From the IMG/VR virus record IMGVR_UViG_3300008259_005066, positions 62,001 to 126,000 of that record: a DNA stretch of 64,000 nt; one strand, written 5' to 3'. Numbering within the stretch: the stretch's first letter is position 1; the number at the start of each line of letters is the position of its first letter. The position numbers and the translations under genes were made by a program. The notes below the pieces were generated by a model that worked only from the letters and a program-made list of their open reading frames with translations, was not told where the DNA came from and searched no databases. Shown in pieces: positions 1-9,433 of this stretch.

Positions 1-171
1 TGTTTGTTGAGCAATTCAACTGAAACTTTGGCATCACCTTTGCCGGATTCCCATGTATGGGAAAAATGGGTGGCTTTTTCGAGAGGGCCGGCCCAGCGCC
101 ATTCTGGGCCTATCTTCACGATTATCTCAGGCAGTTCCTCATGCCACACAGAATCGATTTCGATATCGATC

Positions 172-1494
172 TTAGTTCTGTAGGTAGCCATGCTTGTCAA
201 GTATGTGGGCAAATTCTGGATACAACACACGAGCGTCAAATCCAAACACACGATCCCAGCGATCGAGATGCTGTACCAATGCTGACCAACGACGATCTCG
301 ATCATCAGGTTCTGGTAGATCCAATATCCGCAGTATTTGTAATATCTGATTTTTGGCCACCCTGCGGAAGTTGTTGGGGTCACTTTCGTTATAGTCAGAC
401 CACACATCGGCTTCATCCAGTGCATATCTTGTCAACAAATCAAGATATGGCAGTCGATACTGATCTCTTATGTTTTTGGGTACCACAGTGATATCAAGGA
501 AATCTGGATCTGTGCAGAGATTGCTTTTGATCAACAACCCCTTTTGCAAAGCCAACTCAATGACTTGCCAATAACTGCGCACTGTCAGCAATCCCGGTGC
601 TGGTCTCAAGGTCACTGTGATCGTGGTGCCATTGCACTCATTGATGTAATTCTCGATGTTGGCCAGCACCATGCTATTATCTGTGCCCTGGCGAGTGTAT
701 TCATTGAGCGTGTCCAGAGTTTCTATGCTGATCTCAAGACCCACCCTGGGGAACCGTTTGAGTTTTTCGATGATCTTTTTGTCAAAGGAAGTGCCATTGG
801 TCACGAAACTCATGCACACATCTGTGCGACCATGATCGATCAGGAAATCCACTAGATCATGGAACCGAGGTTGTATTATGGTCTCCCCGCCCATGAAATG
901 TATGTTCTTGAGTTTGGATATTGATACTAACTCCTCGCGGAATCTATTCCATACTTCTGGATCAGCGGTCCAATCCTGTGATACAGCACTGATCATGTTC
1001 CATTGACGATGTTGGCTGGCGATGCGGCTGGATGCTGACGGGTTACACATCTTGCAGGCGAGATTGCAGTAGTTGCCAAGATCAATGTGCAGATCGATTG
1101 GCATGCCATCATATGCACCTGCGTTGGATCGACTGTGTTCAAATTTTTCGAACCCAGGACTTTGCTGGTAACTTTCTGCAAAATTCTGCTTGGTGAATAT
1201 CACTGATTTCTGATTGCTACGATGCCGACGACTGGTGTCACTGACCTGTTCTTCGTGCCAGCATCTAGCACAATGATTCCATTGCTGATCCCCTAGCACT
1301 TGTAATCTAGCTTCACGCATGGGCACAGAATCATACCACTCCTTTATGGACATGTTCCTGATGTTGTATCGCTGTTTCAGCGATGTATCATAGGGAACAT
1401 TGGGAGTGGCATGACAGCAAAACGCCAAAGCGCCGTCCCAGTAGATATGTAATTCATACCACGGGCTGTTGCAGAATATTCTTTGATTAGACAT
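172..1494 (-). CDS. Radical SAM protein with N-terminal SPASM/twitch-like Cys domain
   Basis: CNLACKMC (CxxxCxxC), FMGGE, VTNG motifs; N-terminal C..PW..CC..CARC. Confidence 0.85.
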   Translation of the reverse strand: MSNQRIFCNSPWYELHIYWDGALAFCCHATPNVPYDTSLKQRYNIRNMSIKEWYDSVPMREARLQVLGDQQWNHCARCWHEEQVSDTSRRHRSNQKSVIFTKQNFAESYQQSPGFEKFEHSRSNAGAYDGMPIDLHIDLGNYCNLACKMCNPSASSRIASQHRQWNMISAVSQDWTADPEVWNRFREELVSISKLKNIHFMGGETIIQPRFHDLVDFLIDHGRTDVCMSFVTNGTSFDKKIIEKLKRFPRVGLEISIETLDTLNEYTRQGTDNSMVLANIENYINECNGTTITVTLRPAPGLLTVRSYWQVIELALQKGLLIKSNLCTDPDFLDITVVPKNIRDQYRLPYLDLLTRYALDEADVWSDYNESDPNNFRRVAKNQILQILRILDLPEPDDRDRRWSALVQHLDRWDRVFGFDARVLYPEFAHILDKHGYLQN

Positions 1495-2077
1495 CTCGTT
1501 GGGTGATGATGCGATCAGCTAGGCCATACTCCACGGCCTGTTGTGCTGTCATCCAGTTGTCTCGATCCATATCTTTCTCCAGAGTCGCATAGTCTTTGCC
1601 GGTGTGCTGGACATAGAGTTCAGTCAAGGTCTTCTTCCAGCGCATGAGTTCTTTGTAACGGATCTCCACTTCAGTGACCTGTCCTTCAGCTCCACCCAGA
1701 GGTTGATGGATCATGTGCTGGCTGTGTGGCAGGATGAACCGCTTGCCAGCAGTGCCGGCGCAGGCCAGCATGGAGCCCATCGACGCGGCCAATCCACACA
1801 CTATGGTAGAAACATCACACTTGATGAACTGCATGGTATCATAGATGCTCATGCCCGCTGTGATTGACCCGCCTGGTGAGTTGATATAGAACAAGATGTC
1901 TCTGTCAGGATTTTCCGCTTCTAGGAACAGCATCTGCGCCACTATGAGGCTGGCTGAATGTGAGTTTACGTCTGTATCCAGCATGATGATGCGATCTCTC
2001 AGCAGGCGGCTGTAGATGTCATAACTGCGTTCTCCACGGCTAGTCTGTTCCAGCACGATAGGCACTAGATTGGGCAT
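1487..2077 (-). CDS. clpP: ATP-dependent Clp protease proteolytic subunit
   Basis: [19 protein letters not shown], catalytic triad AASMG / MIHQP / MDRD; SD AAGGAG. Confidence 0.97.
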   Translation of the reverse strand: MPNLVPIVLEQTSRGERSYDIYSRLLRDRIIMLDTDVNSHSASLIVAQMLFLEAENPDRDILFYINSPGGSITAGMSIYDTMQFIKCDVSTIVCGLAASMGSMLACAGTAGKRFILPHSQHMIHQPLGGAEGQVTEVEIRYKELMRWKKTLTELYVQHTGKDYATLEKDMDRDNWMTAQQAVEYGLADRIITQRDV

Positions 2078-2111
2078 TGTTTCTCCTTGTTGTAAGTAAG
2101 TATCCTAGATA

Positions 2112-2140
2112 AGTATAGCATACACTGAAAATATCTGCAA
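2112..2140 (-). promoter_or_regulatory. sigma70-type promoter for clpP
   Basis: TTGCAG-N17-TATACT with TG extension. Confidence 0.55.
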
Positions 2141-3696
2141 TGAGAAACCTAATCGATATCATAGAAAACCTAGAAGAATCACGTGGACTCAGCGCCAGGA
2201 ATCCCGGTGAGGAATTCGTGCGCACCGGGAGCAAAGAGCAAGACGATCTCATAGTGTTCCAGGGCCTGCAATTCTATCCCGAATCTGGTGCCTATGACAG
2301 TTCTGAAGAAATGATGCAGGTTTTTGACAAACTCAAGGCCAAACTAAAACCCGGTGTAGAGCCCATAAATCGCCCCACAGCCGGCACCAAAGCATTTGGC
2401 TTGGCCACTTTTGATACAGCAGTGGGCCGCAGATACCTGGTAAAATTTGCCAAAGAGATCAACCCAATACGGACCAAGAACACATTTTTCCAGACCGCAG
2501 ACATACCTGGAGAGTTTACCTACAAGACAGCACGTGGCGAAAAAGAAACTGTGGGTTACAAGCCCAGCCAAGTGCTCACGGAATTCCGGAGCCAAACACC
2601 AGAATCTATCTATCAACAGATCATGGCCAAGTTCGGAGAAGACAGCCCCATTGGTCAAGCCACTCGCATATTCTACCAAGCCACAGACTTTCCCATCATC
2701 GTGCCCGGCGAAGGCATTGATTTCAACGGATTCCGGGACTACTTCTGCGAGATGCTACAGCCCGTGGCCTTGATCCAGGGCAAACCCATCACAGGCAACG
2801 CTGGCAAAGCCGCCGAAGTGTTCTTGGGTGGAAATTATTCTGATTGCGTGGTATCGTTCAACGAAGGCGTGAGTGGTGGCCTGTTTGACAGTCTGTTGAT
2901 CGCTCCCAATGGCAAGCAGATCAAACTCAGTTCCAAAGGCGCCAAAGGCGCCATGGCATCAGTGATCAACTTGTTGAAGTCTGCCCGAGAACTGCGCGAT
3001 GCAGGCCTTGGAGACATAGTGGATCAATATCAATCAGTGATAGATATCTTGGAAACCATAGAACAAGGCAATCACTGGAGCGGACCCATTGAACTGGCCA
3101 CACAGTTGGGTATCATCGACGAAGCCGAAGCCGGTGCCATCATACCCACGCTCACGCCTTTGACCCAGTCTGTGGACATCCGCAAGGTCCAAGGATTGAC
3201 TGACAATCTACGCCAGATCTACAATGACAGAACCGTCAAAGATGCCAGCAAGGTGGTTCCTTTGGAGCACATGGTGGCCAGCCTGGCATACAAAGTCTGC
3301 AACGAGATCAACACAAGAACCAATTTCTCTGACGCGGCCGCAGACATCCTCAACAATTCGGCCTTTGTGCAGATGTATACTGAAGCTGCCAAGAAAGGCA
3401 CGGACATCATCATCAAGGGTTTCCGCACTGTGTGGCCCAGCAAATTGTTCACACAAGTGACCATAGAAGCAGAGAAGAGTTACAGTTCTACTTCAAGTTC
3501 GGGTGGCAAGTTGGTGTTCAACATCAACAAAGAACCCAAGGCCGTGGCCAACGCAGACACATCAGGCGGCACTGAACCCGGTAGCGATCAGGACATCGCC
3601 GATTATCAAGCGCCAAGATCCGACATCAAAGCGTCAGACACAGTGGCAGTGGGTGATGAACGAGGTCTAGGAAGAAAACGCCGCAAGAACTTCTAA
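2140..3696 (+). CDS. Hypothetical protein, possible PD-(D/E)XK-like fold, possibly virion-internal
   Basis: 518-aa ORF; LFDSLL...KLSSK pattern; N-terminal IIENLEE. Confidence 0.6.
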   Translation: MRNLIDIIENLEESRGLSARNPGEEFVRTGSKEQDDLIVFQGLQFYPESGAYDSSEEMMQVFDKLKAKLKPGVEPINRPTAGTKAFGLATFDTAVGRRYLVKFAKEINPIRTKNTFFQTADIPGEFTYKTARGEKETVGYKPSQVLTEFRSQTPESIYQQIMAKFGEDSPIGQATRIFYQATDFPIIVPGEGIDFNGFRDYFCEMLQPVALIQGKPITGNAGKAAEVFLGGNYSDCVVSFNEGVSGGLFDSLLIAPNGKQIKLSSKGAKGAMASVINLLKSARELRDAGLGDIVDQYQSVIDILETIEQGNHWSGPIELATQLGIIDEAEAGAIIPTLTPLTQSVDIRKVQGLTDNLRQIYNDRTVKDASKVVPLEHMVASLAYKVCNEINTRTNFSDAAADILNNSAFVQMYTEAAKKGTDIIIKGFRTVWPSKLFTQVTIEAEKSYSSTSSSGGKLVFNINKEPKAVANADTSGGTEPGSDQDIADYQAPRSDIKASDTVAVGDERGLGRKRRKNF

Positions 3697-4274
3697 CGGC
3701 TGACGTTGGCTATGTGATCACAGATGCCCAGTGCCAGTGCTTCCTCGGCGCTGAGCCAAACATCATTGGCAGGCAACAATTTGGTTTTGATGGTATCTTC
3801 ATCCAGCCCAGTGGTAGCACTGTAGTGATCGATCATCCGTTGTTGGGCCAATCCAAATTCCTTGGTTATAGCAAACAGTTCGTGATGCTTGCCATCACTG
3901 CCCCATGAATACTGGTGGCTGAGTATGGAAGTGTTGGGCGTGAGCACTCTGCGAGTTTTGGTGCCTGCCAGGAATATCAACAGACCACAACTGGCTATCT
4001 GACCCAGGCCCACGGTTTTGATGGGGATCGAACTGCTGTTCATGACATCGATCAGCGCAAAGGCCTCTTCCATGTCTCCGCCACGACTGCAGATCATCAG
4101 TATGAGTTCTTTTTTCTTTTTCTTGACTATGTAGTTTTCATGCAAGATCCACTCAATGATGGGCAACATGGACTCAGCGTCTACTTCACCCATAAAAGTG
4201 TAGATGCCACTTTTTTTGAGATCGTCACCTGGCGAGTATGCAACATCGTCTTTGTCTTGGATCATGGTCGACAT
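3693..4274 (-). CDS. Second, divergent ClpP-family protease
   Basis: ICSRGGD, IASCG (Ser), ILSHQ (His), NDVWLSAEEAL (Asp). Confidence 0.88.
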   Translation of the reverse strand: MSTMIQDKDDVAYSPGDDLKKSGIYTFMGEVDAESMLPIIEWILHENYIVKKKKKELILMICSRGGDMEEAFALIDVMNSSSIPIKTVGLGQIASCGLLIFLAGTKTRRVLTPNTSILSHQYSWGSDGKHHELFAITKEFGLAQQRMIDHYSATTGLDEDTIKTKLLPANDVWLSAEEALALGICDHIANVSR

Positions 4275-4365
4275 ATTTTTGAGTAGTGAATTCGTTATAT
4301 ACGCATATTATAACAAATTTTTTTGGATTGCATACTACTTATGAGCAAATCCAAAATAGGCTAGT

Positions 4366-5465
4366 TTAATTAGGGCACTGATCTCCGCGCACCACTGCGA
4401 TTTCGTAGCGATCTAAAGCGGGTGGGTTGGCGCTGTCAAGGTTAAATCCTGCTCGGCCCGCCCATCCAATATAGGTATTGATCTGCACCCCTTGATCCGT
4501 GGGTTGCGCCAAGCGTTCATTGTTCAGCATGCCCGCTTGCTGATTGTCCAGATCCGAATAACGATGGCATCCACGCCAGATCATGTTGCGATTTTGGTCC
4601 CAAAAAGTAAACAACACCGCGGGTCTGCTGTGTATCAAGTGTTGGCGCACCAAGGCCAGCGTTATGGAATCATCAAAAGCCGCGGTCCGGCTCCATCCAT
4701 GTGTGCCCGGTCGGGCCTTGATAGTGACGTAGCCTTGATATTGGCAATCACGGCGATATCTGCCCAGGCAGTCTCCGGCATTGGGTTTTGGCTCACCTGG
4801 CCCAGTGCTTCGTTGAGGCTTTGCACATAGGTGGGGCGCCAGCGCACCACGAAATTCAACTCCAGTTTCTTCTGGCGATCGTCACTGTAATACACCCTGG
4901 ATGGCAGTTTTTCTATGTCATAGGCCCGGTGCGGAAAATCCACCAAGACCTGGCGCAACAGAGCATCGCCATTTTTGCGGCTGTGATCTAGAGTTTGGGC
5001 CTGGGCAGTCAAACGATCGTTGTCTATGTGTCCGGGTTTTCGATGTTCGCCCAACAAACGATCAGCCAATCGGCTGCGGCGCACCCACACATCCACGGTC
5101 ATGACCACTAGACCGTTTTGTTGCTCTACGCTTTTGACTTCATAACTGTCCACGAAACCGGCCGCATGGGCTACCACTTCAGATCTTGTCAGTGTTCGAT
5201 CTTGCACTTCGCGTTCGGATGCTATGACCGACCCCACTGCTTGATCCACCGCGGCTCTCAGGGCCTGTATGCGGGCTTCTTCTGTGGTGCGCCCATGCCC
5301 TCGTGCGGTCACGAAGTAATGTGGATGGCCATCTTTGAGCAACCAAGGAACCACCTGTATGATGATGCTGACAGGATTGGGCTTCAGCGAATCAGGGGCA
5401 CTCTGTGCCACCACTGGCGCACTGACCAACAAGGTAGTGGCCAGTGCTAGAGCGACAATACGCAT
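4366..5465 (-). pseudogene. Secreted FlgT/LPP20-like protein with a frameshift near 4783 (ORFs 4662-5465 and 4366-4653 are one gene)
   Basis: Signal peptide; ARIQALRAAVDQAVGS motif; adding 1 nt at CAAAACCCAAT gives a continuous frame ...NPNAGDCLGRYRRDCQYQ...LVRQHLIHSRP. Confidence 0.7.
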
Positions 5466-6145
5466 TATCGCATCATTTCATTGAGTATGATCCGGCGCTG
5501 GCTGTTGTCTTTCCTATCCCAACGCACTGTTACCTGCACGTTGCGACCATCATTGATGATGCGGCCTTCTTTGAATACCACACCGCCCAAGATACCTGAA
5601 CGCTGGATAGATACTGTTTTGCGTAGATTGCTCTGGATGTTCACAGCATCGTTGCGCACGGCTGTGTTCTCTTCGCGATTGATCTCGCCAGATCGAGCGG
5701 CTTCTTCATCAGATGTTTCAAAAGCGAAATCCTGATTCTTGTTTGTGGCGAACTTGTTGGTCTTGTTGTCGCGAGCCTTTTCTAAATTCTTGGTCACTGT
5801 GTCCAGGAACCTTTTGGAATTGATGGTCTCAGGATGCAAGAACGAACTCATGCGATCTTTGGCCAGCACATAGGCCGCTTCGGTGGCCGATTGCACTGCA
5901 CGTTCCGAGTTGCCTTGAACTGGAGCATAGCCAGTGGCTTCTACAGCATCCAGGTCACCCAACAGTGAATAGATGACTTTGACACCTTCACGTTTGAAGT
6001 CCGATGCGGCACGTTGCTCAGAGATAGCCTGTTGTGGGCCTGGGTTCACTGTGCGATTGGGACCTACGTCTGTGGTCTTGGTAGAACTACAGGCCGAAAG
6101 ACCCAGGGCGGCGATCAAGGCCATGGCTAGGATTGACTTGTTCAT
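5465..6145 (-). CDS. Lipoprotein (LPP20-like)
   Basis: Start MNKSILAMALIAALGLSAC with lipobox LSAC. Confidence 0.75.
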   Translation of the reverse strand: MNKSILAMALIAALGLSACSSTKTTDVGPNRTVNPGPQQAISEQRAASDFKREGVKVIYSLLGDLDAVEATGYAPVQGNSERAVQSATEAAYVLAKDRMSSFLHPETINSKRFLDTVTKNLEKARDNKTNKFATNKNQDFAFETSDEEAARSGEINREENTAVRNDAVNIQSNLRKTVSIQRSGILGGVVFKEGRIINDGRNVQVTVRWDRKDNSQRRIILNEMMR

Positions 6146-6267
6146 TTGTTTTTGATCCATTCTCCGGCTTTGGAAAGATCTTGGCCGGCGCCGGAAACCG
6201 CGCCACCGATCGTGCCACAACCAACCAAAAGGCTGGCCACCAATACTGCAAAAACCAAGTGCTTCAT
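6142..6267 (-). CDS. 41-aa entericidin EcnA/B-like lipoprotein (not in ORF track)
   Basis: MKHLVFAVLVASLLVGCGTIGGAVSGAGQDLSKAGEWIKNK; SD AAGGAG; ATGA overlap with next gene. Confidence 0.75.
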   Translation of the reverse strand: MKHLVFAVLVASLLVGCGTIGGAVSGAGQDLSKAGEWIKNK

Positions 6268-6291
6268 GCGAACTCCTTAAAGATTGGTCAT

Positions 6292-6341
6292 AAAAAATCC
6301 TACTATGTGTGTATTATTACACAAGTAGGATTTTTGGTCTA
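6292..6341 (-). terminator. Long hairpin with U-tract after phasin, overlapping a sigma70-like promoter
   Basis: AAAAATCCTACT...AGTAGGATTTTTT inverted repeat plus inner TGTGTA/TACACA; TAGACC...TAATAAT. Confidence 0.6.
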
Positions 6342-6369
6342 GTGACCGGTTAACCGTTTTTTTACCAAA

Positions 6370-6645
6370 TTACTTGGTTTTGGTCTGGGATGTGTAGGCT
6401 TTCATGATACCCTCACCGAATTTGACATAGTCAAATTTAGCGGCTTCCTGGGCATGCTTGATGGTTTCTTGCACAACCGTGGTGCCAGCATCCAAAGTGG
6501 CCTTGGCGGCTTTTTTGGTATATTCGGATTGGTTGTCAATGAACTCATTCAATGCTGTGGCAATCTTTTCGTCAGTTACGAAAGTCTTGACAAATTGCTT
6601 CTTGCCGGTCTGGACTGCATCGATGGTCGCGTCTAATGTAAACAT
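6370..6645 (-). CDS. Phasin-like PHA granule-associated protein
   Basis: 91-aa amphipathic helical protein (IDAVQTGKKQFVKTFV...FIDNQSEYTKKAAK); SD AAGGAG; PhaR-like box upstream. Confidence 0.65.
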   Translation of the reverse strand: MFTLDATIDAVQTGKKQFVKTFVTDEKIATALNEFIDNQSEYTKKAAKATLDAGTTVVQETIKHAQEAAKFDYVKFGEGIMKAYTSQTKTK

Positions 6646-6704
6646 AGTGTTTCTCCTTGAGTTAAGCGAGTTTACTGCTAGAGACCCGCCCCATGCGGCA
6701 TCTC
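6646..6704 (-). promoter_or_regulatory. ROSE-like RNA thermometer in the phasin 5' UTR
   Basis: CUC(G)CUU pairs with AAGGAG with a bulged G; upstream hairpin GAGAU(G)CCG...CGGGUCUC. Confidence 0.65.
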
Positions 6705-6724
6705 CTTTGAACTATTATATATGA

Positions 6725-6749
6725 TAATTATTGCACTGCACAATAATTA
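6725..6749. promoter_or_regulatory. Palindromic operator, PhaR-box-like
   Basis: TAATTATTG-cactgca-CAATAATTA, containing TGCACTGCACAA. Confidence 0.65.
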
Positions 6750-6804
6750 ATCTACCCAGATAATAGTGTTTTGGCTAAGTAATTTTATCAAAATGGAGGA
6801 CTGC

Positions 6805-7185
6805 ATGGCTTGGACTGCTACACTCAACATCGTCAACAACACCCAATATAACCTAACCGTTAACCACAACACAGTGGGTGATTTAACTACTATCGCACCT
6901 GGTCAGTCATGGTCCTGGACCACATCTGATCCAAACAATACCAACGCCTTGCGTTTTTGGACAGTTCCGGAACAGTGGTATATGCAAGGTTCAGTGGCCT
7001 ATGGTCCCATGGCCGGAGTATACATGGACCGTGGCTGGATGGCACCCACGGATCAGACCATCCGCTTGGATGCCGATGTCAATGGCACAGGATTCTCACA
7101 GACCCAAAACGGTGGAGCCACTGTGGTGCCTTGGAACGGATTTGAATCCGGTGGCACGATCAATATGAAGTTTTCTAAGACTTGA
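6805..7185 (+). CDS. Hypothetical beta-rich protein
   Basis: SD GGAGG before ATG 6805; 126 aa, Thr/Asn/Trp-rich. Confidence 0.7.
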   Translation: MAWTATLNIVNNTQYNLTVNHNTVGDLTTIAPGQSWSWTTSDPNNTNALRFWTVPEQWYMQGSVAYGPMAGVYMDRGWMAPTDQTIRLDADVNGTGFSQTQNGGATVVPWNGFESGGTINMKFSKT

Positions 7186-7885
7186 TGTTGTAGGCCAAAC
7201 CAAATCGTTCTAGCCCTTTGATATAAGTCCATCCTAGATCCCATTCCCAGGGTTTTTGGCTGAGTTTAGGCGAAGCTGGATCAGCATGATGATTGTTGTG
7301 TAGTTCTTCACCACCGATGAAGAATGCCCAGGGCACAATATTAGTGGAATAGTCTTTGGTTTGAGTGTTCCTATAACCCCACCAGTGTCCCAGGCCGTTT
7401 ATGACGCCGGCTGCCCACAGTGGGATCCAAATCATCTGCCATAGCCAAGGCAACCAACCCCAGTCCCAGCCCCAAATCATGCAGTTGATAAAGAACATCA
7501 AGGTCACCCCCAACCAGTTGAATGGTGCATAGATGTGACGCTCTACCCAGTCATCGGGCGTGCCCACACCATACTGGTTGACCATGGCTTTGTCTTTTGC
7601 GGCCCAGGCATAGTAAAAAGCACCGCCTAATAAAATCTGCCAAATTCCTTCATTTTGCGGACTGTGCGGATCACCTTCCGCGTCAGTGAATCTGTGATGT
7701 TTTCTGTGTGTGGCCACCCACTGTTTGGTGACCATGCCTGTGGTGAGCCACAGCCAAAATCTCATGAAATGTGCCACACGTGGATCAAATGTCACACCTC
7801 TATGTGCCTGGCTACGATGCAAGTAAAGTGTGACACAAGCTATGGTGATGTGTGTCATCACCAGGATGTATATGAATAGGAGCAT
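7175..7885 (-). CDS. Delta-9-type fatty acid desaturase
   Basis: His boxes HRSQAH, HRKHH, HNNHH; TM segments; start taken at MLLFIY. Confidence 0.93.
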   Translation of the reverse strand: MLLFIYILVMTHITIACVTLYLHRSQAHRGVTFDPRVAHFMRFWLWLTTGMVTKQWVATHRKHHRFTDAEGDPHSPQNEGIWQILLGGAFYYAWAAKDKAMVNQYGVGTPDDWVERHIYAPFNWLGVTLMFFINCMIWGWDWGWLPWLWQMIWIPLWAAGVINGLGHWWGYRNTQTKDYSTNIVPWAFFIGGEELHNNHHADPASPKLSQKPWEWDLGWTYIKGLERFGLAYNIKS

Positions 7886-7889
7886 CAAA

Positions 7890-8504
7890 TTACTTATCCT
7901 TGATCCAGAAGCCCAATCTACTACCAGCAGGGCTGTGATACCACTGTGTACCGGGAGGCTGTTGTTGGCTGGATTCGGGCCATACAGGCCAGATCTCATC
8001 ACTATCATGATTGGCGAAATCATCATTGTATCGTAGATGCACTTCGATCACTGTATCGCCGATGTATTCTACGTTGATCCATTCCTGATAATACTTGAGA
8101 TCGTGCAACATCCCAGGAAAAGGCCGATCTAAATCCGTTCGACACCACCGTGAAAAACGATCCAATCTCCGAGGATCATCTCTGAAACCTTGCACCGTGA
8201 GATGCTGTTGGCCCCAATGGTAGTCCACTGACACATGCGGACCTTCGAGCACCTGGGTCCAGAAAAATCCATCGGGCACTGTGTCACTGTCACCTTTTTC
8301 CATCCACACGATCTGCGCACCTCGACTCATCATGCGGATGTTGGTGATAGGTCTTATCACATATTCTCCGGACCATGGTACGGGAATACCAGCCGGTCCA
8401 GCGGCGATGCCCTGTCTTCGTGCCACTATGAGTTTGTCATAGACCCACAACCACTGTGGTGGGCATGAGTCATACACGTCGCGATCGCTGACGAACTGCA
8501 TCAC
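7890..8504 (-). CDS. Hypothetical protein, ATP-grasp-like
   Basis: YDKL, VIRPITN, INVEY..VIEVHLR pattern. Confidence 0.55.
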   Translation of the reverse strand: MMQFVSDRDVYDSCPPQWLWVYDKLIVARRQGIAAGPAGIPVPWSGEYVIRPITNIRMMSRGAQIVWMEKGDSDTVPDGFFWTQVLEGPHVSVDYHWGQQHLTVQGFRDDPRRLDRFSRWCRTDLDRPFPGMLHDLKYYQEWINVEYIGDTVIEVHLRYNDDFANHDSDEIWPVWPESSQQQPPGTQWYHSPAGSRLGFWIKDK

Positions 8505-9130
8505 GCTCCCGAGGCCAACACTATCTTGCAGATATGTTCCAGCCGTTCTATGTGTTCAAACGCACGCCACGGTGAGGTATCGATAGCAACCACACCATGT
8601 CCACGGATGCCCACGATGTCAAAGGCGATGTTGCCTTGTTGATCTAATTGTAAATTTTCGTGGCAACGATCTGCCAGTTCTTGGCTTATAGGCGGCACAT
8701 CTCCCACATTGGGTGCTACCTTGGTATATCTACTGAGTTCTGGAAAGTCCGCAACAATGTCGCCTAAATTGATGCCACGGTGCATGGCCGCCACACAGTA
8801 TGTTGGATGCAAGTGAACTACCACACGCACCTCCGAGGCATGTTGTCCCATGCGTCGTTGCAGTCCAAAGTGCAAAGGAATCTCGCCGCTGGGTTTGAGA
8901 TTGGCGCTGATGTCAGTGTAATAATCTTCTCGCCAGAGAGACACTGGACCATTTTCAAGAATCATGATCTTCTTGAACTGGTCTGGTTGTAGGGTCTGCT
9001 TTCTCACTCCTGATGGTGTGATGTAGAAATGATCTCGATCATGATGCCGAATGCTGACGTTGCCGTCTCGACTGGTGATCCAGTTGCGGCGGTATGCCTC
9101 TACTAATGTTTCACATATGGTTTCTAACAT
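8501..9130 (-). CDS. Class II aldolase/adducin family protein
   Basis: DGNVS, ITPSG, PSGE..LH, HLH, GHG motifs. Confidence 0.9.
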   Translation of the reverse strand: MLETICETLVEAYRRNWITSRDGNVSIRHHDRDHFYITPSGVRKQTLQPDQFKKIMILENGPVSLWREDYYTDISANLKPSGEIPLHFGLQRRMGQHASEVRVVVHLHPTYCVAAMHRGINLGDIVADFPELSRYTKVAPNVGDVPPISQELADRCHENLQLDQQGNIAFDIVGIRGHGVVAIDTSPWRAFEHIERLEHICKIVLASGA

Positions 9131-9131
9131 T

Positions 9132-9326
9132 TTACCAGTGCCTTATGACATTTGCTATTATGAATCCGCAAGTGATCACATGGATCACTATCCAGAACGT
9201 TTTGAGGCAGAGTGCTACCCTTGCTTCTCTCATGGTCAAGATGGGCACTCTAGGGCGGTCTTCGTCAGTGTTGCCCATGACATGACCTGTGGCTCGAGCC
9301 CAGATGCGTTCAATGCTACGCATCAT
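9132..9326 (-). CDS. Small membrane protein
   Basis: C-terminal hydrophobic helix; translationally coupled to neighbours. Confidence 0.6.
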   Translation of the reverse strand: MMRSIERIWARATGHVMGNTDEDRPRVPILTMREARVALCLKTFWIVIHVITCGFIIANVIRHW

Positions 9327-9433
9327 TGCAGATTGATCCATATCGCAATGGCCAGACCTGCACACCATAATACCGAGATCACAGCGTATTTGATCTTTTT
9401 GCGTCGAGATACTCTAGACCAAGTGCTTGCCAT
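9323..9433 (-). CDS. 36-aa membrane peptide (not in ORF track)
   Basis: [36 protein letters not shown]; stop/start overlaps on both sides. Confidence 0.5.
   Translation of the reverse strand: MASTWSRVSRRKKIKYAVISVLWCAGLAIAIWINLQ

Noticed and set aside
4428-4465. tRNA-like look of GCGGGTGGG...GGTTAAATCC...CCCGCCCA
   Set aside because: Lies inside a minus-strand coding frame and lacks D and anticodon arms
4775-4795. Programmed -1 frameshift at CAAAACCC
   Set aside because: Not a canonical X XXY YYZ heptamer and no clear stimulatory structure; a single-base loss in a short homopolymer is simpler
5891-5902. Third TTGCACTGCAC copy
   Set aside because: Inside a CDS and far from any promoter; treated as chance, but noted as a caveat for the operator claim
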